This document shows, in pieces, positions 39,609 through 52,480 of a DNA stretch of 64,000 nucleotides. The stretch comes from Octopus sinensis (lineage: Eukaryota): the NCBI RefSeq assembly GCF_006345805.1, contig NC_043013.1, forward strand, positions 20,894,001 through 20,958,000, in the 5' to 3' direction. The notes under the pieces were generated by a model. That model saw nothing but the letters and a program-made list of their open reading frames with translations, was not told the origin of the DNA and made no database searches. A program made the position numbers and the translations under genes. Each line of letters starts with the position of its first letter. The stretch's first letter is position 1.

Positions 39609-40276
39609 TGTATGTATGTATGCATGTATGTATATATATATATTACATATACAGACACACACATGTATATATATATATATCTGTGCACATGTGTGTGTGT
39701 GTGCATGTGAGTGTGTATGTGTGTTTGTGCTTGGGCGGATGAAATTGCATTTGCATTCTGGTGCAGATCGGCAAATCGGTGCGTATATGCAAGTGTTTCA
39801 TGTGAATGTATACGCATATTCCAATGTGTGACAAAGTCTCGCGATACGTCGAAGACTGACGCAGTATATGTTATGAACTAATGTGGCATTATCCTACACA
39901 CAAACATGTCATATGCTTAGTTAAATAAAATAGTCGGCTGTCTGGCACAGACACATATATGCGCACGCATATACAGACGTAAAAGCATATCATTTATAAC
40001 ACGTTTACTGCACGAATTATGTGGACACACAAGGGCAAAATTTAGGCACAAAAGTTAAGGAAAAATATAGTTCGTTAATAGTATTAGAACCGGTCAAGCT
40101 CTTATTGCAGTTGTCTGTGATACTAAATACAAACCTTGGCTATTTAAATAGATATTGGTAATTTCTTTTCAAGAAAACAGATACTATTTCAAGCTTGGGT
40201 ATCCAAAATCCACAGTCTCTTCACTTGTTCACACACATACTGTACACAAACACACATACATTCTCACATATATATT

Positions 40277-40434
40277 CTTTTCTACTGTAGGCACACAACT
40301 GGTACTTAATTTATCGACCCCGAAAGGACGAAAGGCAAAGTCAACCTCGGTGGAATTTGAATTCTGACTGTAAAGACAGACGAAATATTGCTAAGCATTT
40401 CGACCGGCGTGCTAACGTTTCTGCCACCTCACCT
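40277..40434 (-). mobile_element. SINE S1
   Basis: Core ggtacttaatttatcgaccccgaaagg, B box and head. Confidence 0.85.
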
Positions 40435-40484
40435 TCTATGTATATCCTTTCCATTTTCTTATTTGCTCTATATATATATATATA

Positions 40485-40740
40485 CAAGTAATGAGAGAGA
40501 GTCCACATGTGGTCACTCTAACGCTAGATATAGATCCACGAAAGGAATCCACCACTAAAGAATTGTTCTCAAGAATTAATTCAACGCGCCGAGAATGTAA
40601 GCGAGCAGGACAAATGAAAAATAACGAAAAAATCGATTAACTCTATACAATTGTTTCACCGTTAATAGATTGTGTAATTTTACTTACATAATCATTTTCG
40701 GATCGTCGGTAGAGTATATCAAAACAATATAATTTGCTGA
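40485..40740 (-). mobile_element. family G (TA)n-abutting pLTR-like element
   Basis: Ends at (TA)n at 40469-40484; carries a hammerhead fold; tail is homologous to the family A arm (tgagaaca..ctt..gtgg, ctatatctagc). Confidence 0.65.
40640..40715 (-). ncRNA. type I hammerhead motif with long stem II (U4 to C variant)
   Basis: ACUCUA-CCGACGA-45-nt stem II (ccg/cgg, gauu/aauc, uguaa/uuaca)-GAAA-C(AAUU)G-U-A-UAGAGU. Confidence 0.65.
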
Positions 40741-40869
40741 GTCAAACGCCAACATCCACACGAAGCCGAAGAAAAGCGAATGGCACAGTCGATTATATCC
40801 ACAGCTATGTTCAAATATCCTCATTCCGCGCGCTAAAAAAACCCGGATGTAAATACTACCCCAGTAATT

Positions 40870-41530
40870 TACTGCCGGTGCACCATCTTGACCAGCGCCG
40901 CCTAGTATGTTTCCGATCTTCCCCCAGTGGTGCCTGGCTCAATGCAGTGCCGTCACTTTCGATTGGCACTCAGCAGGCCAGCGACTATTTGAGCATCGGT
41001 GTTTCACTGAGGGCTGGCCTATGGATCTGTGGTTGTCACAAATGCCGCTGCGGTTCCGCTATGGAATCTGTCAGCCTCCACCTACTATCATGCCATCTAG
41101 TGTTAACCACATTCCAAGCCATGCTTCTCTCAATGAGAACATAGAGCATGGCTTAAAGGCCGCAGCCTTCTCCCCCACCCAACTTGAGCCAACGGAGCTG
41201 GACAGGGTGATAGTGAAAGGCCAGACGGCGACAATTTTCCCGTTCCACGGTTGTAGGGCTTTCGTCTGGGACGCCACATGCAGCGCCACCTTTCCTTTGG
41301 CAACCTGGTGTGCTCAGCTGCAAGCCCAGGCTCGTCAAGTCGAGGAGGTCAAATTGTCAAAGTATTTGTTGTCGAGCCTGTGGCAGTACACGGGATCTCT
41401 GGCGTACACGGACTCGAAACATCCCTGTTCACTGCAGAGATGGATTTTCGCAAGAGCGGACTTTGTGAGTCGGAGTGGTTGTTATAGGGTGTCTACCTCG
41501 CCATTCTCCAGGGCTACACCTTTTCCATTT
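40870..41530 (+). mobile_element. decayed CRE-like non-LTR retrotransposon C-terminus (zinc knuckle + REL endonuclease)
   Basis: SGAWLNAVPS..HKCRCGS..LHLLSC..HASLNE..LEP.ELDR..IFPF..VWDATC..K..KY..EPVAV..E.EWL; frameshifted. Confidence 0.75.
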
Positions 41531-41639
41531 AGTCCGCTGGGACCATAAGGCGGACTGACAAGTCTTATGTCTCTTAGATATAATGTCTATTAGATCAACA
41601 TTCTACTCCTATAGATCGATAAGATCAGACTTACTCAAT

Positions 41640-42090
41640 ACAATCTGGAAAACCAGTTCTTAATACCAAATTAAAGTTCCTTAAGGCACCAGTTTGATCT
41701 GTTGCATTGTGTGGATGTGAAAGTTGGATATTTAAGGGAAGTAACACAAGCAAGCTTCGCGCAACCGAAGATTATTGAGGTTTAGCAGAACTAACCATTA
41801 CAGAAACAATTAAGCATTTGTGGAAGGGAAAAATAGAGTATTTTTTGGTAACAGCCAGGAACAGAACGCAGCAGTATTTTGAGCAAGCCATCAAGTCCCA
41901 CAACCTCAACACCCACATCGTAGAGAAAAGAGTCAATGGGAAACGAGGAAGGGGAGAATTCATTGATTGGACGACACCAAAGAATGTAGCGAAAGGCTTC
42001 ATTCTTAATATAGAAGCATGGCTACAAATATTAATTAATGTGGAGAGATTATGCATATACCCGTAGTTTTCGACCATGATGATGTGAACA
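41640..42090 (+). mobile_element. decayed RTE-clade LINE C-terminus
   Basis: KA.V*SVALCGCESW..KLRA.E and IVEKRVNGKRGRG..W motifs. Confidence 0.7.
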
Positions 42091-42416
42091 AGCATATATA
42101 TATAATCTTGTAATTTTGGAGCGCATGAAATACTTAAATAACTTTTTCGAGCTGCAGGTCTTTATTGTAATAGTCAAGCTTCGAAAACGTCACTCCATTG
42201 TTCTTTCCTCAATGTGCATATATTTAATTTTACCTATGATCCTTTTTCACGCAATATATTTTCTATTCGGGATGGAAAGTATCAATGGTATAGCAGTTTC
42301 AGGTTACATATGCTTCGTCTTAACTTACAAAATAACTTGAAATCCTCTTACAGTTACCTGGAAGTGCCCTATAGTCGATTTCAAATCCCTATATTGGAGT
42401 AGCTTAAAGCAACTAT

Positions 42417-42436
42417 AATTATTATTATTATTATTA

Positions 42437-42523
<87 letters not shown>

Positions 42524-42744
42524 TATTATTATTATTATTATTATTATTATGTGAGAGCAGCGCATGCCATCAAAGTGACACTGGAGTACAAATATACCCA
42601 GTATACCCATCATGGCAACCCGTCTGATAACGGTAGACCAGGCACATACATCACGACCATATGTGCACGATATGGTGTTCTCAAGATAAACAGCGCATGA
42701 CACTATTATTATTATTATTGTTATTATTAATATTGTTGCTGTTG

Positions 42745-42832
<88 letters not shown>

Positions 42833-42852
42833 TGTTATTGTTATTTTTATTG

Positions 42853-42912
<60 letters not shown>
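42417..42912. repeat. (ATT)n tract interrupted by the insert at 42551-42703
   Basis: Read directly. Confidence 0.95.
42551..42703 (-). mobile_element. unclassified repeat inserted in (ATT)n
   Basis: Homologous to 10981-11110; cagcgcatg occurs near both ends. Confidence 0.6.
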
Positions 42913-42913
<1 letters not shown>

Positions 42914-43845
42914 CTATTGTAGTTATTGATTATTATAATAGTTGTGAACATTCTAGTCTTGTCATTGCAATATACATTTGTTTTATTGTTGATGATAAAA
43001 GATAAACAAACGAAAGGTTTGCAATTCAGATATATTTCGATATACTGTTCCATATACTATTATGTAATTTATTCCTGTAAATATTTCTGTTTTGTGTATG
43101 ATTTTAAGCCATAATCCAATGACAGACTCAATACGGAAATGTAGACAGAATTTATGTTTATTTGTGAGGATTTTACGCGCTAGTATTTCAATAATAAGCA
43201 AATAGCATTCAGATAATTTTTATTGCGACTTTGCTTCGGTTTTACATGAGTCACCACATTGATAATTATACGGATTTCGAACAATCTAATATAGTCACAT
43301 TTCGCCGAGTTTCCATAACTGAAAACTTTTAACAGTTAATCTACATATATAACCCTATCTGTCAGGATGACTCTCGCTCATCATTTCTATATTGTCCTCT
43401 ATCTCCCTCTCTATCCACCTATCTATCTGTCTCACGCGCACACCACACCCGCATACACACACACATGCACGAACACACACATGCAGGCACACACAGTACA
43501 CGCATAAGCATATATACACATCTAGGAAATAGTTGTCTATATACGTTTATCAAATCAAAAGCCGACACTATACTCTGACGTTTGCTCCGTCCTCGGTGAC
43601 TCACATCATTACAGACCATTCCACAACAGAATTCAGAGTATATATATGTATGTACACATATATGTGTATGTGTGTCTGTGTATAATTTTCTTCATACATA
43701 TGAGTATGTTTGTGTGTGCGCATACGCATGTATTTGTATATTTGTTCATATATATGTTTTTTTTATATGCTACACCACTGGTGTTAATATCCAATTTTTC
43801 ATCCTCATTTTCATTTTAATTATATATATATATATACATTATACA

Positions 43846-43877
<32 letters not shown>

Positions 43878-43988
43878 TGTGTGTGCATATATACATGCAG
43901 TCATGGAAGTATGGTTTCAGGTTCAGTCCTACTGTGCTAAAGTTCATGAACTCATGACAACCACAGTACATAAGTGTTATATATATAT

Positions 43989-44094
<106 letters not shown>

Positions 44095-44877
44095 TATATA
44101 TAATTGCGGCGTTACGTGCACCCCCCCCCCCGTTTGTTTGTCCAATTTTAAACCCTGCACGACTTCTATACACACTGTCTTTCCTACCCGCCATTGCTTC
44201 TTCACCAAACTTTTTGGCGCCCTCCGATTCTTCCCCTCTCTTCCTCCCATCCTCCTCCCCTCTTCCTCCCATCCTCCTTAATCCCTTCTTTCTCCTTTTC
44301 TCTTGGTCACTGATTCTGTCCCCTGCCTTTCACCCTCTTTGATTCCCTCTCTCTCTGTCTCTCTTTCTCTCTCTCCTGCGACCTGCTGCTTCTTAAACCA
44401 TTCTGTTGGCCTTCGTATCTCGACCAACATGTGTCCCCGCTACCGAAACGGTAATTATTTCTACGCCAGCTATGTTGTTGTTGTTGTTTTTGTCTCATTT
44501 GGTCTAAAGTCGTATGACAACCACCGTTATATATATTTTGTTTATTCATTACTGTTTTCAAGTTCGTTTTCGTCTCTTGTATTCACATCCGTCTTGTGCG
44601 TTCACATTCCTGTCTTCTACCAAGAAATCTAATGCTTACAGCTTAGTTTTTTTTCTTGGGGCTGGCCGAGTTGGAGCAAATATCAGAATTGAACAGCCGA
44701 AATTTGCTATGATGATCGGTGTCTGACTGAAGATTGAAGGCTTCGAATGATTTGTCTGTGTTCCGTGTTCGTCCCTTCCTGTATTTCACGTTCATTATAT
44801 ATAAAAACATTCATTCTTATATATATATATATAATATATATATATATACGAGAAAGAAGCAACAAGAATGGATTAGT

Positions 44878-44968
44878 TTTTAGTACAATTGTTTCATACA
44901 AAGACAGGCTTTATTAAAAGTTGCAAATATTGCAGCAGATAAAAGTGTCCCGTACTCATCAGCTAAAA
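44878..44968 (-). ncRNA. type I hammerhead ribozyme, canonical core, long stem II
   Basis: UUUUAG-CUGAUGA-GUAC..60 nt..GUAU-GAAA-C(AAUU)G-U-A-CUAAAA; predicted cleavage after the A at position 44884. Confidence 0.8.
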
Positions 44969-45219
44969 CACATATGAGTTCTCCAAACATCTTAGTGGGT
45001 GAGGCTATACTCATGAAGTATTGGAGATAATTTCATTAAAAGCAGATTTAGGTTGTAAACAGACTTCCGAAGTTCTTTAATGATGATGCACAGTCTTATC
45101 ACAGAACATTGCAGAAATTCGGAAGTCTGTTTACAACCTAAATCTGCTTTGAATGAAATTATCTCCAATATTCATGAGTATAGCCTCACCCACTAAGATG
45201 TTTGGAGAACTCATATGTG

Positions 45220-45311
45220 TTTTAGCTGATGAGTACGGGACACTTTTATCTGCTGCAATATTTGCAACTTTTAATAAAGCCTGTCTTTGTATGAAACAAT
45301 TGTACAAAAAA
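45220..45311 (+). ncRNA. mirror-copy type I hammerhead
   Basis: Same as above with one stem I mismatch (CAAAAA); predicted cleavage after A45304. Confidence 0.7.
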
Positions 45312-45455
45312 CTAATCCATTCTTGTTGCTTCTTTCTCGTTTATAATCACCCCACATTACTGCATGGTTAACACCATATAGTTTTCTGGTGCATCTAAGT
45401 TAAGTACCGCATTCAAGTAAATTCATTAGAATTGACTTGAATCTTAATTGCTTTT

Positions 45456-45500
<45 letters not shown>

Positions 45501-45502
<2 letters not shown>

Positions 45503-45615
45503 CGGGAAGGTTTACGAAAATAAACAAAAGACGAAGGCAGGTGGAGTACAAACAAACAATTGTATGGCGCTCAGGAATAGAAATAAAACAAGTCTTATGC
45601 ATTATCGTCATCAGG
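45501..45615 (-). mobile_element. family D end, abutting (TA)n tail-to-tail with family B
   Basis: Reverse complement matches 58911-59009; retains CTGATGA but lacks GAAA. Confidence 0.7.
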
Positions 45616-46911
45616 CGTGTTTCACAGGATATTTGTTAGCAATCTTTATCCAAAAGCTCTTCATTTTAGAATAACTTCTCCGTTCGATCTTTAGCATGAA
45701 TGGTTTCTGTCACCTCGCTCTTTTATCTCATTGACAACTGTTCATGTATCGATGCGCTAAGCGACTGATCGATTGTGTCCATAGAAGCCGGTATTTGTGT
45801 CGCTCTTGTGAATCTTTGTGCTTCTAAGCCTCATTTTAAGAGCCATCTCTTAGCTTTCATAAAATGTGAATTATTGGGTGGTGCATATGGAGACTTATCG
45901 GAGTGTGCTCTAATTTATCTTTTGGTATTCAGTAAAGGCCCTTTTCGTTTTGAATTTGATCCTTCCCAGGCCTAGTTTGCCTTTCGTTCAAATCGACCAT
46001 GTAACTTACAACGTAAGTCCTTTGGCTTTTGTGAGAAATGATTCATTATAATTTTCTGCAAGACACATCTTACATCCTTTTACTACCTTTGTTCAGAAAT
46101 TATCAAATTCTAAAGCTAACCATTCACCGATCACGTGATTATGTCTTTTCTTATTCATTGAGCAGATATATTTAGATAAATCTAGTTATGTTCAGTTTCT
46201 TACAGTTGTAGAATCTGCTTTGTATGTTGTAAATACAGCATTCGTCCTGAGCTGTTGGATTGTTTTTCATTACTTGCTGGAACATTCACTACGAACCACC
46301 AGCATACAAAGCACTTTGTGATGTAGTTATAGTTTAATGCACAATGTGCTGCATCGGTATAATTGTATTTAGCTACCTCAATAAATTATTTGTACAGTTT
46401 ATAAATACAGACAATGTATTGTCTCCACTTGACAGCCACAAGTAATTTCTATCCATTTGGCTTTTTACAGAATAGGTTTATCAATTTATCATAAAGACCT
46501 TTTTCTATCTGGCTGGTGGTTTCAGGTTGTGTCTATTAAGGTGACATTTACACACTTTGTCTCTGTTATGCATATCAATAAATCTCTGTATAGTGCAAAA
46601 ACGCGCTCTTTTTGCATATATATTAATTTCCTACATCAACGCATTGCCCGTCAGAAATGTGAGCTTTACTTCTGTCTTTCAATGATTTTAATGTTTCTTT
46701 TTTCTTTGCACAGTTGCTCCGCCTCCGTATATTCTTATCCGTTTTTTTATGTCGAACCTTGCTTCTTTTCCTGTTTGTCTTTATTTTTATTTTATATATT
46801 TTATCCTTTTGCAAGTAGTTCTTTCCTCCATTTCACATTGAGCGCACTGATTTAGAGAACAATTCTTTAGTTTGTGGTTACGTTTTCTGCTGCTTAATCT
46901 TACATTATCCT

Positions 46912-47209
46912 GTTGGCAAGCAGTCAGAATCGTTAGCACGTCGGAAAAATGCTTAACGGTATTTCGTGCATCTTTACGTTCTCAGTTCAAATTCTCCCGA
47001 GGTCGACTTTACCTTTCATCCTTTTGGGGTCGATTAAACAAGTACCAGTTACGCCCTGGGATCGATGTAATCGATTTAATCCGTTTGTCTGCCCTCGTTT
47101 ATCCCCTCTGTGTTTAGGCCCTTGTGATTGTAAAGAAATAGGTATTTCGTCCGTCTTTACGTTCTGAGTTCAAATTTCACCGAGGTCCTTTCAGGGTCGA
47201 TAAAATAAG
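46912..47209 (+). mobile_element. SINE S1 (tail a) followed by an internal restart at ggtatttcgtc
   Basis: aaagaaata|ggtatttcgtc junction at 47140/47141. Confidence 0.85.
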
Positions 47210-48078
47210 CCTGTGTACGTATAGAAAAACGTGGCGAAAGGAGATGTCAAAGGAACATACAGGAAACAGGAAGAACACAATGGCTGTGGACACGATCCCC
47301 TCTCATCAGTTATCGTCCAAAACTCATCATAATTTCGACGTTTTATTGATAGTATTGTTCAACTTGGTGGTGTCAACAGACTTTCTTTTTGCTGGGGTGT
47401 AAATAGGCAAAACAAAGGGCGAGCACAAAGGAGATAAAATAAGACAAATACAAACAGAAGATGTGGTTTCTAAACTGAACGACAAATGACCAGTTATGGG
47501 GAGAAAGGGTAAATATATAAGATGGAAACGTAAAGTGACTATTACAAAAAATTAAAATGTAAGAAACGACACGGATATTTGTATACATAGAAAGCCTTTC
47601 GGCTATACGTTAGAATTAAGACAAGGCATACGAAAGTAACGTTAATAGGAAAGAATGTTGTTCTTTCGGACTTTGCTGAATATATACCGAAAACAAAAAG
47701 ATAAAATTTAAAAAGAAACACGATAAATGTAGGTAAATATGACTGGAATTAATCTTATAATCTTACCCAAAACAAGATCTGGGGAAGAAAGCGACTAACC
47801 AAAAGAACGAGCATTGCGGAAAAGAATGAGAAGTGTTGGTCGGTCAGGAGTTTGGTTGGCTGGTTGCTTGCTTGCTTGGTTCCTTCCTTCCTTCATTCCT
47901 TCTTTCCCGTCAACTCCTTCTTCATATTAAAATGGACGCTGTTCTCAGTCTAAAGTCACACCAACCGTAAATGCTCAGTTAGTATTCTTAACTGTTTTAA
48001 AATAACCTTATTTTTACATTTACACAAATTTTTGTTTTTCATTTTTGTCGAGTCAGCCTGATGCTATTCTGGATTTAG

Positions 48079-48199
48079 CCCGTCTATTCCTTGGATCATC
48101 AGGATTGGATATACCTCATTTTTGGCCCACGATGAAGAAGAGGCTGTGTATCTGGATACGAACAAGGGCATCACTGCCAGTGACTTCTTTAGTTACTTG
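48079..48199 (+). CDS. candidate exon (PSIPWIIRIGYTSFLAHDEEEAVYLDTNKGITASDFFSYL)
   Basis: AG at 48077-78, GT at 48200-01 (weak donor), GC-richer than flanks, protein-like open frame with phase 2 to 0. Confidence 0.35.
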
Positions 48200-48392
48200 G
48201 TACTTATTTGTACGAGTGTTTTTTTTTGCGTATGTATCTGTATGCGTGCTCATATAGGTTGGAATTCTTGTAGGTGATTTGCGTTCTGTCTCGTCCAAAC
48301 GTCATGCCATTCCCTTAATGCGTAAATTGATGATTTTATACAATTGTTTTGATACCTGATCTTATGTTATTGGTAATATGTTCTTTTAAATT

Positions 48393-48609
48393 AAGGCAGC
48401 GAGCTGGCAGAATCGTTAGCACACCACGCAAAATGCTTAGCGGTATTTCGTCCGTCTTTATGCTCTGAGTCCAAATTCCGCTGAGGTCGACCTTGCCAAT
48501 CATCCATTCGTGTGAAGTAAAATAAGAACCCCTTGAGCGGTGAGGTCGGTGTAATCGACTTAACTCCTCTCCCGAAATTTCTGGCCTTGGACCAGAATGT
48601 GAAACCAGT
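48393..48609 (+). mobile_element. SINE S1, tail b
   Basis: Head aaggcagcgagctggcagaa, core and tail. Confidence 0.8.
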
Positions 48610-48887
48610 ATGCTCTCTTGAATATTCTTCTCAGCTTCCGTTAACTGTCAAATGGCTAAATAGTAGACCAGATATTTATCCTAAAATAACTTGGAGATGG
48701 CGTTCCAGAAATGTTCTCTACCTGAACACCATTATTTTCAGTATCAATACTCACAATTATACACCTGAAAAGTGAACCAACGAATATGCATCTAAGAGAT
48801 CTCTTGATCTGCTATAATCAGCAACGAGGTTTCTCCAAAAACATAAGTCTATCATATTTAAAAGAGGAAAGCACGTTGATAATACAG

Positions 48888-48947
48888 TTTCCAGTCCCCA
48901 TACAATACGGTTTTGTCACGGCTGGAATACCTTCTATGATCTGCTTG
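48888..48947 (+). CDS. candidate exon (FPVPIQYGFVTAGIPSMICL; alternative acceptor at 48895)
   Basis: Donor TTG|GTAAGG; acceptor weak. Confidence 0.3.
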
Positions 48948-49654
48948 GTAAGGATTGATTTGCAGTTACATAAATTAATGAGAGATAGGAAACAACGTGA
49001 GCCTATAGGCGGTCTCTTTCATATCCTACCCACGACGGAAACCTGTGATAGATGTAGCCCTGGTTACATTATCACTGAATACAAATGAGGAACGATCTTA
49101 GCCAAAGCATCTTTGATCCTAGTTCTATTCAGAATGGATCTGAAAGCAATCAGCGGTATTAACATGATTCCATCGTAATATAAGCACATCTACAACTATT
49201 TGTGATGGTTGCTTAACACCCCCATATAGACATTGAACCTCACATGTAAAGATTATATTTCTTCACACGGTTGTCACGGTAACAAAACCTATAACAACAA
49301 AAATAAGGACACACATTCAATTTAAGAATAAGCCTACAGCGTTGATAGAAAGATTAACAATATATTTAGCCAATAGCTAATACAGTTGGTTTATCGATTG
49401 AATAATCTTTTTAGTAAGGGTTCGAAATGAATAAAGAATTACATTCAACGGAAAATTTAATGCCAGAAGTGATTCCTCAATTGTATTCTGCAAACAAGAC
49501 AAACAATGAAACATTCAACCTTTCTAGTTACCACTTTTTCTGTGAATAATATCAGAGATTGGAATAAAGCTTCATTGGAATAAGGAAGACATACATTCTT
49601 GCAAACACATCTATAAACAGGCAGCCATAACTGTAAACATGAATACGTGCATGC

Positions 49655-49777
49655 ATGCATTCATACATACATACATACATACATATACATACATACATAC
49701 ATACATAATACATACATACATTCATACATACATACATTACATACATACATTCATACATACATACATACATTCATACA

Positions 49778-49808
<31 letters not shown>

Positions 49809-50209
49809 CATACATACTACATACATACATACATACACATACATTCATACATACTACATACATACATACATACATACATTACATACATACATTCATACAT
49901 ACATACATACATACATACATACATACATACATACATACATACAACATACATACATACATACATACATACATACATACATACATTCATACATACATACATA
50001 CATACATACATTCATACATACATACATACATTCATACATACATACATACATACATACATACATACATACATACATACATACATACATACATTCATACATA
50101 CATACATACATTCATACATACATACATACATACTACATACATACATACATACATACATTCATACATACATACATACATACATACATACATACATACATAC
50201 ATACATACA

Positions 50210-50240
<31 letters not shown>
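49655..50240. repeat. (TACA)n array, about 590 bp
   Basis: Read directly. Confidence 0.98.
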
Positions 50241-50242
<2 letters not shown>

Positions 50243-50243
50243 T

Positions 50244-50990
50244 GATGTGAAAACCCGAAAAATACTAACATGCACATATAATTTCCACATAAACAGTGAC
50301 ATAGACCACCTCTATCTAAATCGAAAACTAGGCGGCAGAGGCTTAAAATCGATCCAAAATGCCTTTGAATATCGTATGATATCTCTTCGGCAACATATTA
50401 TAACCACCAAGTGTCGAAGTCCATCCCTTGACCAAGTTTGTATACATAAGCCTGATAACATCCTAAGACTTGGACAGTAGCTCCTTGAACAACATTCTTT
50501 GTCTGATAACCTAAAATACATGCCCCAAAAAGTCGCACGGCTCTACCGGAACGTATCATCAGATGAAAGGATGAGTCTATATGAACAGAAGAGTATGCAT
50601 GGACATGTTAGTAGAAAGCTCGGGGATGATAGCAACATCAATCATCGAAGCAATTTATCATGGACCAATAACCAGTTTAATACCTCCCACTTTGAAAGGT
50701 ATGCATTTGTAATCCAGGAACAGGAGATATCCACCAAGTACCTGATGCACAAAAAAGGATAGAGATGCTGGAAAAGCAGGGAAATGGGACAAGCGATGCA
50801 GACTTTGTGGAATCAACACGAAAGATATCGCCCACATCATAAGCAGTTGTCCGAAATGTCATATTATCTGCCGATGAGACATAATGTAGCTAAGACACTT
50901 TATAATGAAATCCGTCGGAGGGATAACCCCGAGAACAAAGAAATAAGAACTCATAGTATGGTAGAAGACATAGACATAAAAAAGCAGTAA
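50244..50990 (+). mobile_element. R4/Dong-like LINE fragment: RT thumb + CCHC + RHN motif
   Basis: SDIDHLYLNRKLGGRGLKSI..QEQEISTKY..CRLCG....IAHIISSCP..YLPMRHNVAK; stops and frameshifts. Confidence 0.85.
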
Positions 50991-51027
50991 TGGTGAATGT
51001 CCCAGTGAAGACCGCAAGAAAATGTAA

Positions 51028-51060
<33 letters not shown>

Positions 51061-51061
<1 letters not shown>

Positions 51062-51524
51062 GTGAGGTGCATTGCTGAAGTTTTGAGCCTAGATTACTAT
51101 AATTTTAGCATATCATTAGTTTACAACTAAGAAGCTGGGCTGCAAAGACGCTGCAGGATCTGTTTGTTTAGGTAGGGAGAGCAAGTCCAATGAAAAAATC
51201 ATGATGGTCATTCCATCCTGGTAACCAACTACTTGACTGAAATAGACATCAGGACTGTCCCTCATTTACCCTACCGTTCAGACCTAGCTCCCTGTGAATT
51301 TTGATTGTTCCCTAAGAAGAAGATGAAAGTGACTGCGAAAAGGGTCCTGGACACCTTCGCTTAGGAGGACTTCAATGGGGCCTTCATGAAGCGGCTTGAA
51401 TCGCTACAGGTGCATTGAAGTCAGAGAATCCTTCTTTGAAGTAGATTAGAGTTTTGTACATCTCTGAAATCAATAAATGTCTTTCCAGAAAAAAAGTCTC
51501 AAACCTTTTGGAATGCATTCACTA
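51061..51524 (+). mobile_element. internally deleted mariner element with both TIRs
   Basis: VPHLPYRSDLAPCEF*LFP..RYRCIEV..F.EVD; degenerate inverted ends gtgaggtgcattg..ttttgagcc and gtctcaaacc..aatgcattcac. Confidence 0.7.
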
Positions 51525-51564
<40 letters not shown>

Positions 51565-51709
51565 TGTGTGTATCTGTGTATGTGTGCGCGCGGTCGCTTC
51601 TGTGCATGTGTGTGTTTGTGTGTGTGCTGAATGTGTGTGTTTGTAAATTCCTACATATGTGTGTGTATATATATATATATACATTCGTACATATATATAT
51701 AGAGAGAGA

Positions 51710-51715
51710 TAGATG

Positions 51716-51794
<79 letters not shown>

Positions 51795-51795
51795 G
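51710..51795. repeat. (GATA)n
   Basis: Read directly. Confidence 0.95.
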
Positions 51796-52317
51796 GAGAT
51801 ATGTGTGTACATATCTATATATGTAAGAGTATAATATGTGTTTGAGTTATGTGTGTGTGTACGTGTACGTGTGTGGATGTGCCTGTATACAGTGCCTTTG
51901 CCGTGAAACCATTATTAAGTAAGTACAAAAGCCAGTCGTTTCCTCTATAATTAAAGGCACATGAGTGACATCTTCCCTGTCTTGAAGGACGTCGAAAATA
52001 AGTAAGGTTAAACTCAGCTGCGATTTAATAAAAGATAAACTTAATCGATCAGCTCCTTATTCAATGCTATTGCCAGGGTGTACTCTAGTTTAAACAAGTA
52101 TCCTACTTTCACAGTTGTTCTAAATATATCTATGTAATGGTAATACTTGAGAAAAATGTATTTTCTATGTCTCGTAATTCTTAACTTTTCTGATGGAATT
52201 TTCTTACCTTCCCTTTATAACACACGCCATGCTCGCTTATATTCTAGTTATAATCTTTGTCCTTTTCTATCGGTCTGTTTCTCTGTGACTGAGAAGTCAT
52301 GTTAATTGAAATTGTAG

Positions 52318-52349
<32 letters not shown>

Positions 52350-52480
52350 ATATGAGCACACACAAATGTATATAGTTATGAGTGTGTGCGTGTTTTTGTT
52401 ATTGTATACGAGTGTGTGTGAGAATCAGAATTGAAGGTAAAATCTTACTAAAAGCTGTATAAAAATATCGATATTGTAGA

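Larger units (their letters stand above)
44848..45459 (+). mobile_element. family B-related fold-back element: arms 44848-45071 and 45118-45340, tail, (TA)n on both sides
   Basis: About 223-bp inverted repeats with about 3 differences and a 46-nt loop; tail ttataatcacccc..aagttaagtacc is related to other B copies. Confidence 0.9.

Noticed and set aside
45620-46010. Possible PLE endonuclease coding sequence upstream of family D (SFWIK)
   Set aside because: No convincing motif order in any frame.
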